Assembly (NCBI GenBank): GCA_900299345.1
Contig: OMJM01000062.1
Span: 80,788-144,787 of the forward strand
Reading direction: 5' to 3'
From: a bacterium
Lineage (GTDB): Bacteria; Fibrobacterota; Fibrobacteria; UBA11236
DNA length: 64,000 nt
Shown here: piece after piece, positions 26,227-34,667 of the stretch
Numbering within the stretch: position 1 is the first letter of the stretch
Layout: each line of letters begins with the position of its first letter
The notes under the pieces: model-generated
The model's database searches: none
What the model saw: only the letters and a program-made list of their open reading frames with translations
Told to the model about the DNA's origin: nothing
Program-made: the position numbers and the translations under genes

Positions 26227-28233
26227 TCAGAACATGACCGTGCGTGAATACACCGCCGCGCCTTGCTGCACACGAAGAATGTGCAATCCACCACCTATCG
26301 AGCGGGTATCAAACTCGAACGATCCCGTTCCCGTCTTTTCCTGCTGCAAGCCGCCATTCAGTTTATACAGCGACACCGTGGTCTGACCCGGAAGATCGAC
26401 GTGCACGTTCAGGATGCCACCCAGCGTGTGCGTGCTGACGGATGACGCCAGACGCGAAGCTCCCGGCCCCACAGCCCGGCCGGAAATTGCCGACGGCGAT
26501 GGAACCAGATCGGTATTGGCCGGATCGAACCGTGTATTGGCCTGGAAGTGCCAGCCCATGAAAGCGACGTTGTACATCAACGAAGCGCCGGTCGCCGACG
26601 TGACGTTGTTCACCGTCACGCGCAAGGTGCGATCCTGCTTGCCGGGTCCGCCCCATACGCCGAGTCCGTTGAATCCCACACCGATGGTGCCGATATGCGA
26701 CGCGCCGATGCTGGTATCCGGGGTGGAGATGGTGATAAACGCCTTGCGATTGTCATTGGAAAGCAACACTCCCGCCACTTGGGGCACTTTCGTGGTGCAC
26801 AACGTCGTATTGCAACCGTAATTCGCGCCGAGCATGAAGTTTTGCTGCTGAAGCGTGAAGCTCGATGACGACACCGTGGCCGGATTAACAGGCTGGGAGA
26901 AGAAGACCTCCACGCCGTTCGCATCTCCGGTAACGTTTTTACGCGAGCGCACGGCCAGGATTTCAAAAACGGAGGTGTCCTTGAAGGTGATGCGGAAAAC
27001 GGGTCCTGGATTTCCAGTGGGCCAGTTGCCGATCTTCAAGACCGTACCGACGTAGATGGCGGAGTCCGGTGATACGGCGATACGGTTGATGGCCTTGCCC
27101 TCCGTGGTACCGGCGGAGTTGATGCTGCTACCTGAGAACAAATGCCACGAGGCTTGATAATTCCCCGAGTTGTCCACCTGATCCACATGCAGACGGCCCA
27201 TGCCCGAAGCGTTGACGTCGCCCGCGATCCAGTCACCCTTGTAAGGGCCGAAGTTCAAGTAAGCCGGCTGGCTGGTGGAGGCCGAAGGGCTGTAAGGAAT
27301 CCAGATCAGCGGCGGCTGGTAAGGCAAATCCTCGGCCCAGTTGCGCAAAGTGTTGGTAATGCCCGTGGCACCACCGGCGTTGGCCGTGGTGGACTGACGG
27401 GTGCCGTAAGTCACCTGCGGCTGGCCGGGACGGTACATGCGGAGCGCGCAGCCCGGGTTGAAGCTGCCCTGATTATCGCTGCCGATCATGTACTCACCAT
27501 TGGAACCGAGACCGTTGGGCGAGCGAAGCCCACCCGCTTCTTTGACGAAACCTTGATTGACCGGGCTGATGGGAACGATTGAATCCTTGGCCCACGAAAG
27601 CAACGCGCCCGCGTAAGTGCTGGTCGGCGGCGCGTTGGACGTTCCACCGGGAATGATACAGCCGGAATAATTGCCGTAGAAACGCCCGTTGTAATACTGC
27701 GGCGTGAACACCCACTGGTGCCCGGTGGGTCCACGGTTCCACGTGAAGGTGGAGTCGAGCGTTGGAATGTTGATCATGCGCGTGGCATTCTTCGACAACG
27801 CGGTACCGCCGGTGGGTGCCAGGCTTTTAATTCGATAGAAGGCAAAACGCTCCATGACGTACACAGTGTCGTTCACCACTACCACGCCCGCCGCCGGGCC
27901 GTTGAGCGAATCAAGGATCTTGGTAAACGTCACTCCCGTCAGGCTGCCGGTGCGGCTCAACCCGCTGGCGATGTACACGGCGTTATTTCCGTCCGGCGGC
28001 AGGATGTACCCCTGCCCCATGGCGCCATTGCCGGAGCTGGTGTTGGTTGCGGAACCCAGAAAGACCATGCGGCCATCGGAGAGGAACGCCAGCCCCATGT
28101 TGGGCGAGAACGTCGAATTCCCCACCGCCGTCGTGACGATTTTAGGATTCGAAGTGGACGGAAAGGCTTGCGCGCCCGCGGCAACGGCCGCGAATAACAA
28201 TGCACTTGCGGATCTCAAGAAAATTTTCGTCAT
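26227..28233 (-). CDS. secreted beta-propeller-like protein (distant GSDH-like) with T9SS C-terminal sorting domain
   Basis: Signal peptide. N-terminal region MGLAFLSDGRMVFLGS resembles GSDH blades. C-terminal CTD pattern (VSLYKLNGGL....GGLHILRVQQGAAVYSRTV). Confidence 0.6.
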   Translation of the reverse strand: MTKIFLRSASALLFAAVAAGAQAFPSTSNPKIVTTAVGNSTFSPNMGLAFLSDGRMVFLGSATNTSSGNGAMGQGYILPPDGNNAVYIASGLSRTGSLTGVTFTKILDSLNGPAAGVVVVNDTVYVMERFAFYRIKSLAPTGGTALSKNATRMINIPTLDSTFTWNRGPTGHQWVFTPQYYNGRFYGNYSGCIIPGGTSNAPPTSTYAGALLSWAKDSIVPISPVNQGFVKEAGGLRSPNGLGSNGEYMIGSDNQGSFNPGCALRMYRPGQPQVTYGTRQSTTANAGGATGITNTLRNWAEDLPYQPPLIWIPYSPSASTSQPAYLNFGPYKGDWIAGDVNASGMGRLHVDQVDNSGNYQASWHLFSGSSINSAGTTEGKAINRIAVSPDSAIYVGTVLKIGNWPTGNPGPVFRITFKDTSVFEILAVRSRKNVTGDANGVEVFFSQPVNPATVSSSSFTLQQQNFMLGANYGCNTTLCTTKVPQVAGVLLSNDNRKAFITISTPDTSIGASHIGTIGVGFNGLGVWGGPGKQDRTLRVTVNNVTSATGASLMYNVAFMGWHFQANTRFDPANTDLVPSPSAISGRAVGPGASRLASSVSTHTLGGILNVHVDLPGQTTVSLYKLNGGLQQEKTGTGSFEFDTRSIGGGLHILRVQQGAAVYSRTVMF

Positions 28234-28256
28234 GACAAACTCCGAAAGACTGATGA

Positions 28257-28290
28257 TTTGAATGCCATTCCACCAAGAATGGCATTCAAA
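28257..28290. promoter_or_regulatory. perfect 14-bp inverted repeat TTTGAATGCCATTC-N6-GAATGGCATTCAAA in a divergent promoter region
   Basis: Read from the sequence. About 25 bp upstream of the minus-strand T9SS cargo gene start and about 150 bp upstream of the SGNH gene. Confidence 0.35.
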
Positions 28291-28439
28291 TCTAGGAACT
28301 GGGAACCCCTATAACTTAAGGCCGAAACCGGGCTTTTGCTGCGGAAACATGGACCCTGAGTATTTTGAGCAAATCAAGGGCTCAAGCCTCCCGTCTGCTG
28401 GTGCTATCATTCGTTAAGACACGGTACGCTAAACCGTAG

Positions 28440-29999
28440 GTGGGGAAAATGCACTTTCAAATCCGTTCTTTGCGTCATTCATTGCTGATAGCCGCGTTGG
28501 CATGTGTCGGACATCTTTTCGCACAGACCAAATGGGTGGCGACATGGGCCACCTCGCCGGAGCCGTTGGTCAGCTCCCAAAGCGGCTTCAATCCTCCGGC
28601 CGCGGGTCTAGCCAATAATTCGGTGCGTCAGGAACTGCGCGTCTCCATCGGTGGCGACACATTACGCATGCGCTTCACCAACGAATACACCAACGTACCC
28701 GTCAAGATCAACGCCGTGAATATCGCCGTTTCGACGGGCGCGGGAATCATCGACACCACCACCATCAAGAATTTCAAGTTCAACGGCGCGGACTCGGTCA
28801 CCATGCCGGCCAGTGCCTACATCTGGTCTGACCCGATGGCCTTTCCCTTGACGCCGGGCATGAAGGTGGAGATCACGATTTACTTCGGTGCGGGCGCTCC
28901 CCCGGCAGGGTCATATCCCGGTATGACCGTGCATCGTGGATCGCGCACCGTGGCGCGCGTACTCACCGGCAACCACCTTCGCGATGTGAACTTCACCGGC
29001 TACACCACCACGAGCCAGGGTCAGGGCAGCTTCGTAATCAGCAGCATGGAGGTGCGTGCTCCGCAGTCAGCAGCTGCCGTGGCCATTCTCGGGAACTCCA
29101 TCACCGACGGCTTGGGCGTCGCCAACGAGTCGTTCACCCGCTGGACGGACGCGCTTACGACGAACCTTCTGGCCCATGCGCGCACGAGTCAGGTTGGCGT
29201 GCTCAACAGCGGCATCGGGGCGGGCAATCTGGTGAGCGGCGGCGTCAGCACGCCGGGACTGCAACGCTACAAGAGGGATCTTTTCGACCACGCAGGCGTG
29301 AAGTGGATCATGATCCTGCTGGCCGTCAATGACATCGGCAACACCGGCTGCTCCATGACAACTTCCAACAATGTGATCGCCGCCTACACCACCATCGCCG
29401 ATTCGGCACACGCTCGTGGCATCAAGGTCTATGGCGCAACCCTCACACCCTTCGGAGGCAACAGTTATTACAGCACGAACAGCGAGGCCTGCCGCAGCCG
29501 TATCAACGCCTGGGTCCGTACCACGGCCCTCACATCCGGCAAGTACGACGCGGTGGTGGATTTCGACAAACTTCTCAGAATCGCACCTCCCGGTGACACG
29601 ACGCGGATGCAACAGGCTTACTACAACGATGGGCTGCATCCCAATATCGCGGGGTATGCCTTGATGGGCAATTCTGTGGACACAAATCTGTTCATCCAGA
29701 ATGGAACCGGTGTGATTTCTTCACGGGATCCATCGGGGTATTCGGTGAAAAGTTCATGGGTCAACGGCGCGAAAGGCAGCTTGACCATTCGCTTCACTGT
29801 TCCGAAAGCAACGTTTGTTTCTCTCAAGCTGTATTCACCGCGTGGAAAGCAAATTGCCGAACTCGCTGGGAAATCCTTTTCATCCGGCGAGCATACCGTG
29901 GAATTTGATGCGGCCAATCTGCCGAGAGGCGTTTACCTGTATTCGATGAAGGCTGACAGTTTTTCCGTCACGCGGAAAGCCATTCTCTCCGCGCGCTGA
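28440..29999 (+). CDS. SGNH/GDSL hydrolase family esterase with N-terminal beta-sandwich domain and T9SS C-terminal sorting domain
   Basis: Signal peptide. GDSL-block ILGNSITDG, catalytic DGLHPN, and a C-terminal CTD (FVSLKLYSPRGKQI....GVYLYSMKADSF). Confidence 0.8.
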   Translation: MGKMHFQIRSLRHSLLIAALACVGHLFAQTKWVATWATSPEPLVSSQSGFNPPAAGLANNSVRQELRVSIGGDTLRMRFTNEYTNVPVKINAVNIAVSTGAGIIDTTTIKNFKFNGADSVTMPASAYIWSDPMAFPLTPGMKVEITIYFGAGAPPAGSYPGMTVHRGSRTVARVLTGNHLRDVNFTGYTTTSQGQGSFVISSMEVRAPQSAAAVAILGNSITDGLGVANESFTRWTDALTTNLLAHARTSQVGVLNSGIGAGNLVSGGVSTPGLQRYKRDLFDHAGVKWIMILLAVNDIGNTGCSMTTSNNVIAAYTTIADSAHARGIKVYGATLTPFGGNSYYSTNSEACRSRINAWVRTTALTSGKYDAVVDFDKLLRIAPPGDTTRMQQAYYNDGLHPNIAGYALMGNSVDTNLFIQNGTGVISSRDPSGYSVKSSWVNGAKGSLTIRFTVPKATFVSLKLYSPRGKQIAELAGKSFSSGEHTVEFDAANLPRGVYLYSMKADSFSVTRKAILSAR

Positions 30000-30008
30000 T
30001 CTTACCAT

Positions 30009-30392
30009 CTACTTCATGGAATGGATGCCGATCATGTTTCCTTCGCTGTCGATCACCAGCGAAATGAATCCCCATTCTCCGATGGAGGCCTTCTTCTTCT
30101 GAACCCGGCCGCCGGCCGCAACCGCACGGGCGGTTTCCACGGCGCAGTCGGCGGCCCGGAAATACACCAGCACGCTGTTCCCGCCCGCGCGGAACCCCTT
30201 CATCTTCACCAACGCACCGGTGCTGCCGCCGCCCGTCATGGATCCCGGAAACATCCACATCACGGGGTTGCTGGCGCTGAGCTTTTCGAACTTGCACTTG
30301 AAGACCGTCTCGTAAAACTTCTTGGCGCGCTTCATGTCGTCGACATAAATCTCGAACCAGCCGACGGGGTTTTTCGGATTCTTCTTCATCAT
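30009..30392 (-). CDS. VOC family protein (glyoxalase/bleomycin-resistance fold)
   Basis: About 127 aa, VGWFEIYVDDMKRAKKFYETVF-type N-terminus. Start chosen at the internal MMKKNP. Confidence 0.65.
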   Translation of the reverse strand: MMKKNPKNPVGWFEIYVDDMKRAKKFYETVFKCKFEKLSASNPVMWMFPGSMTGGGSTGALVKMKGFRAGGNSVLVYFRAADCAVETARAVAAGGRVQKKKASIGEWGFISLVIDSEGNMIGIHSMK

Positions 30393-30402
30393 CTCTCCTG
30401 GG

Positions 30403-30765
30403 TTATTCGTCGCGATGGACGGTGTCCGGTGAAAACGCGGGGATGCACACGGCAATATACTCTGCGCCGCCCGGAGCCGGGGAACTATAGCGCACCCATT
30501 CGCCTTTTCGGGCGATGATAGCCTGCCCCGCGGCCACGCGGTGAATTCCCTCGCGGGTTTCGACCTGCAGTTCGCCACGCAGGACCACGGTGTATTCGTC
30601 GAACTCCGGCGTCTGTCCGGGTTCGCTCCAGCCTTGCGGACTGATCATTTTGGCGACGCTGACACCGTCGGTTTTGGAATTCACGCGGCCGATGAATTCC
30701 TCGATGGTTTTCGGAGGATGGCCGACGGCTTCGATCTTGGTGGGAGAGTTGATGTGTTGCGTCAT
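30403..30765 (-). CDS. cupin domain protein
   Basis: About 120 aa, a cupin_2-like pattern with two conserved-His regions. Confidence 0.6.
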   Translation of the reverse strand: MTQHINSPTKIEAVGHPPKTIEEFIGRVNSKTDGVSVAKMISPQGWSEPGQTPEFDEYTVVLRGELQVETREGIHRVAAGQAIIARKGEWVRYSSPAPGGAEYIAVCIPAFSPDTVHRDE

Positions 30766-30769
30766 AAAT

Positions 30770-31555
30770 TCAATCCGGCACTTTGCCTTTAATCGCATTC
30801 GCGCGGGCGGTGCAATGGATTAAGCCCGAAGCATCGGCGGGCAGATGCGGACGCATGCGTGCCTTGATGTTTTCGATCTCCTCCGGCTTCATCGCAGCCA
30901 GTCTGGGACCCATGCTCGGGCCTCCGAGAATCGTGGCCCAATAATCTTCGAAGCCGTTGAACGTCCGTTGCACGGTAATCTCTTTTGTTTGCACATCGAC
31001 AAGGCCTGCGCCGATCCAAAAGTTCCGCTGAATATCCATGCGCGATGCATCGGGGTTGGGCGGCTTCAGGGGCATCAAACCCATGTCCCGCATTTCTTTC
31101 TGCAAGGTCGCGTAGGGAAATCCGCCGCCGTCGATGTCCCACGAGTATGCCGTGACCACGCCACCGGGACAGACCACGCGCGCCATTTCCGCGACACCCT
31201 TGGCCGGTTCCGGAACGAAGAAAATCACCAGCGGCATGACCGCTGCATCGAAGGAGTTGTCGGGAAAAGGCAAGGCCATCGCATCACCCAGTTGAAACCT
31301 CGCACGTTCCGTGCCGAGGCGCGTGCGGGCATAGGCCAACTGTTCCTCGGAGGGATCGACTCCGTCCACCGATTCAGGAGCACATCGCTCGAGGATCATT
31401 TCCGTGAAGGCGCCGTTGCCGCAACCGACATCGATCCATTTCCATCCGGGTTTTGGATCGAGCCAGTCGAGAAACGTTTCGCCGGCGAGGCGGCTCCACT
31501 TTCCCATGTAGCGCTCGTACGCAGCGCCGTCTTTGAATTTGATTTCAGTGGTCAT
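30770..31555 (-). CDS. class I SAM-dependent methyltransferase
   Basis: Motif I IDVGCGNGAF, post-I DPSEEQL, and motif II/III. Confidence 0.8.
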   Translation of the reverse strand: MTTEIKFKDGAAYERYMGKWSRLAGETFLDWLDPKPGWKWIDVGCGNGAFTEMILERCAPESVDGVDPSEEQLAYARTRLGTERARFQLGDAMALPFPDNSFDAAVMPLVIFFVPEPAKGVAEMARVVCPGGVVTAYSWDIDGGGFPYATLQKEMRDMGLMPLKPPNPDASRMDIQRNFWIGAGLVDVQTKEITVQRTFNGFEDYWATILGGPSMGPRLAAMKPEEIENIKARMRPHLPADASGLIHCTARANAIKGKVPD

Positions 31556-31617
31556 AGGGCTTTCCGTGGAAAGCCCAATTCTAACATCTGTGTCAGGATC
31601 CCTGGGTTACGCGGATC

Positions 31618-32415
31618 TTATCGAACCACGCTAATCATGCGAGTGATCGTTTCATGGTTCGCGCGGAAGGACAGCAGGTACAGCCCGGGATTCAAACGCG
31701 TAAACGATTGCGTTTCAAATCCGAATCCGTGTTTGTAGCCGATGCGCTTGCCCTGAAGCGTGAGCAGTTCCAAAGTATAGGCGCCGGTGGCCTGGGTTTG
31801 AACCGCGAGGCTACCCTTCGCATTGGTTACCGAGAACTTCGACGACTTCCCGTCCCGTCCATTGAATATGGAAGAACCCGTACTCGGGATGATTGAAATG
31901 GCGTCGATCTTGGGGTTTGAGGCGGAGCCGAGGGTGAAATCGATCTTGATCTTCCCGTTCGATGTCGTAACTGGAAACTGCTTGATCTGGGCGGTGAGAC
32001 AGCCAACCTCGTTGTACATGTCGTAGTTGGTGAGCACCGCGGTGCCGTTGATGGCCACGTTGAAAACGCGGCCGCCGGCGTTGCAAACGGCAGCATAGAG
32101 GCTCGCCTCGTACAGGCTGACCGTGTAGTTGCCCGGTTTCATGTTGAAGTTGTACGAAAACGGCGATGAGTCCCACCGCTCTGTTTGGTAAAGCGTCTGG
32201 TCGGGTGTGTTGGAGATGGCGGTGTTTTCGGAATAGGTCTGGCCACCCGTGTAGCCCGAATCCGCAGCCCAGGCCTTGCCTGACGCATCGGTGTAGTTTG
32301 GCCCGCCGCAGTTGATGCGAACGGTGTCGCTGAGCTGGGCATGGGAGATGGTGAAGGTCAGCAGCATGGCTGCCAAAATGTGTGGAGCGGTAAGGGTTCT
32401 GTTTAAGAATATCAT
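31618..32415 (-). CDS. malectin-like carbohydrate-binding domain protein with T9SS C-terminal sorting domain
   Basis: Signal peptide. INCGGPNYTDASGKAWAAD malectin signature. C-terminal CTD (AYTLELLTLQGKRI....GLYLLSFRANHE). Confidence 0.7.
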   Translation of the reverse strand: MIFLNRTLTAPHILAAMLLTFTISHAQLSDTVRINCGGPNYTDASGKAWAADSGYTGGQTYSENTAISNTPDQTLYQTERWDSSPFSYNFNMKPGNYTVSLYEASLYAAVCNAGGRVFNVAINGTAVLTNYDMYNEVGCLTAQIKQFPVTTSNGKIKIDFTLGSASNPKIDAISIIPSTGSSIFNGRDGKSSKFSVTNAKGSLAVQTQATGAYTLELLTLQGKRIGYKHGFGFETQSFTRLNPGLYLLSFRANHETITRMISVVR

Positions 32416-32555
32416 GGAATGTTCCTCCCCAGGAATTCAGGTTCTGTTCTGAAACTTACTCTCGCGTTGACGCAAGTCCTATTGTTTTTTGGGTAACAAA
32501 CCCTGACGTTAGGGAACAACCGATCAACGGTGACCAAGAACACTAATCTCGCTGT

Positions 32556-33092
32556 TCAGGAACAGCTGTCCATGCCATTGAATTTCCGAGGGGCCTTTAA
32601 CCAACCTTCTTTTCCATCCTTGAACCGGACCTTAACCCACCACACACTAGAGATCGCCCAAGTTCCATCGGGTTTCATATCTGCTTTGTTTAAAAGTTCC
32701 ATCTGCTGGCCGTCGGAAATCTCCTTCACGCGGCCTTCGTGCCATATTGCCATGGCGCCTTCTCTAACTCCGTGCAAGACGTAAACCGTATCGCCTGCAT
32801 GGATGTTCTGGGTTTCGTCTTCGGCATTGAATTTTGCCAGCAAGAGTTTGGAATGCGACTCGCCGACGATGGCTGTGACATGCTCACCCTTTTTGATGAT
32901 CCGTTTCAACTTTTTTCTGTTGGGAGATTCAAATACCTCGGTGTTGGATTGTGCGATCCAGTCGCCCAGCTTGCAACATTCGAAGGGGCATGATTTTGGG
33001 GTGACGATGATTTTGGGTACAGCGGCTTTGGAATATGCGGGGATTTGTAGGGCTAGGCTTAAGAGGATTGAGATCAGGATCTGTTTTTTCAT
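32556..33092 (-). CDS. lipoprotein with SH3b-like domain(s), hypothetical
   Basis: Signal/lipobox-like N-terminus MKKQILISILLSLALQIPAYS. C-terminal WWVKVRFKDGKEGWLKA pattern typical of bacterial SH3. AT-rich codon usage. Confidence 0.5.
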   Translation of the reverse strand: MKKQILISILLSLALQIPAYSKAAVPKIIVTPKSCPFECCKLGDWIAQSNTEVFESPNRKKLKRIIKKGEHVTAIVGESHSKLLLAKFNAEDETQNIHAGDTVYVLHGVREGAMAIWHEGRVKEISDGQQMELLNKADMKPDGTWAISSVWWVKVRFKDGKEGWLKAPRKFNGMDSCS

Positions 33093-33153
33093 TTCGATTC
33101 ACATGTGGCGTTCGTAGGCTGCCCCGTCTTCGACATGGATATCCGTGGTCATG

Positions 33154-33357
33154 TCACACGTCCTTGGGCTTTTTCGCCACACTCTTGGCGAGGGTCTTGA
33201 ACCGTTCGCCGTTGGTTTGCACAACGGTAATCGACAAATGCCCCGACTTGCTCATGTTGAGGTCGCGGATCGTTCCGGACTTTCCTTTGTGTCGGCCTTC
33301 AACGACTTCGCAGAAATCGCCATCTTTTACTGGGGTGGTCGTCATAAAGTCTCCCAT
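33154..33357 (-). CDS. small KOW/Tudor-like protein (67 aa), hypothetical
   Basis: GDFCEVVEGRHKGKSGTIRDL resembles the KOW motif. Confidence 0.4.
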   Translation of the reverse strand: MGDFMTTTPVKDGDFCEVVEGRHKGKSGTIRDLNMSKSGHLSITVVQTNGERFKTLAKSVAKKPKDV

Positions 33358-33498
33358 AGAAGGCTGAATTCTAAATCAGCCTTCCTGGAATAATAATCCC
33401 GCCACCTGCGAGGTGGATCCACTTTCCCATGAACCGCTCGCAGGCTGCGTCGTCTTTGATTCAAAAAAAGATCGCGTTTGGGTTATACTGAAATGTCC

Positions 33499-33924
33499 TT
33501 AAAAGGATTGCTCTGTCGAATCCGCAAGGGCAACTCCTTGCCCCGCAAGCCGCACAAATAAAGGATCGCGAGAGTCTAAATAATTGCTCGTCGCTGACAA
33601 GACAAAATCAAGAGCATTACATGCCTGTGCCACAAGGAGTAACCCTTTGTCGGAAGTTTGGCCCTGGCTCGATTGCTCCGCATTATCCGTCATTACTTGC
33701 TCCTCAAGACGATGTACAAGTTTAAGCAATGTTAACTGTTCCTCACGTAGAGGGTATATGGTACTGCGAGAGTCTTGGGCACGATCTAAGAGAGACAATA
33801 TTTTGGATTTAAGTTCAGAGTATTGAGAACGGTATACTTTGGCAGACGTTGATAGCGGAGAGGCCAAGGGATTTGTTGAGGAACCTAACAGAATAAAAAT
33901 AACTGTGATGAGTGCTGTCCTCAT
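33499..33924 (-). CDS. secreted hypothetical protein (141 aa)
   Basis: Signal peptide MRTALITVIFILLGSSTNPLA. No recognisable domain. Low-GC coding sequence. Confidence 0.45.
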   Translation of the reverse strand: MRTALITVIFILLGSSTNPLASPLSTSAKVYRSQYSELKSKILSLLDRAQDSRSTIYPLREEQLTLLKLVHRLEEQVMTDNAEQSSQGQTSDKGLLLVAQACNALDFVLSATSNYLDSRDPLFVRLAGQGVALADSTEQSF

Positions 33925-34040
33925 ACATCCTCCAATTCAGTGTGAGTCTGTCATAATAATATCAGTGAATTACCCTTTTGTCGTAGGAAAAACCAGTGAA
34001 GAAATAAGTTCTAGCAAAACTTGTAGTTATCAAAGTTGAG

Positions 34041-34667
34041 CTAGCCCCCAATAAACCCTTTTCCCCTCAAATACTCCAGCACCTTCTCCACACTCGCCTC
34101 CAGCGATTCCTCCCCCGTCTTCAACACAACTTCCGGATGTTCCGGCTTCTCATACGGCGACGAGATCCCTGTGAAATCCGAAATCAACCCCTGCCTCGCT
34201 TTCTTATACAACCCCTTCGGATCGCGCTGCTCGCAAACGTCCAAAGAAGCGTCCACGAACACCTCAACAAAATCCGAGCCGATGAGATCGCGGGCCATGC
34301 GGCGTTCGGCGCGGAACGGCGAGATGAAAGAAACAAGGGTGATGAGATTTGCATCCCAGAAAAGTTTGGCCACATGCGCCACGCGGCGGATGTTCTCCTG
34401 CCGATCCGCGTCGGAGAAACCGAGATTGCTGTTGAGCCCGGTGCGCACGTTGTCGCCATCGAGCAGATAGGTCATTCGGCCGAGTTGATTGAGGCGGGAT
34501 TCCACCGCGTTGGCCACCGTGGATTTTCCGCTGCCGGAAAGTCCGGTGAACCACAGCACCGCCCCGCGCTGGCCGGAAACCCGGGCGCGATCCTCGCGCT
34601 TCACGCTGGCTTCGTGAACGGTGAGGTTGCGGCTAGTCGGATCGTTAGAGTGGTTTGAGTGGGTCAT
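34041..34667 (-). CDS. cysC: adenylyl-sulfate (APS) kinase
   Basis: Intact P-loop [13 protein letters not shown] plus DGDNVR and FISPFRAER motifs. Overlaps the cysN 3' end by 23 nt. Confidence 0.9.
   Translation of the reverse strand: MTHSNHSNDPTSRNLTVHEASVKREDRARVSGQRGAVLWFTGLSGSGKSTVANAVESRLNQLGRMTYLLDGDNVRTGLNSNLGFSDADRQENIRRVAHVAKLFWDANLITLVSFISPFRAERRMARDLIGSDFVEVFVDASLDVCEQRDPKGLYKKARQGLISDFTGISSPYEKPEHPEVVLKTGEESLEASVEKVLEYLRGKGFIGG

Larger units (their letters stand above)
32420..34040. other. low-GC islet (about 43-48% GC against about 60% flanks) carrying three small secreted/lipoprotein genes
   Basis: Compositional shift visible by eye. No integrase, transposase or tRNA at the borders. 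Hairpins in the internal intergenic region 33358-33498. Confidence 0.5.

Noticed and set aside
32420-34040. Calling the low-GC islet a mobile element
   Set aside because: There is a compositional anomaly only. No recombinase, no flanking direct repeats and no tRNA attachment site were seen, so it is recorded as 'other'.
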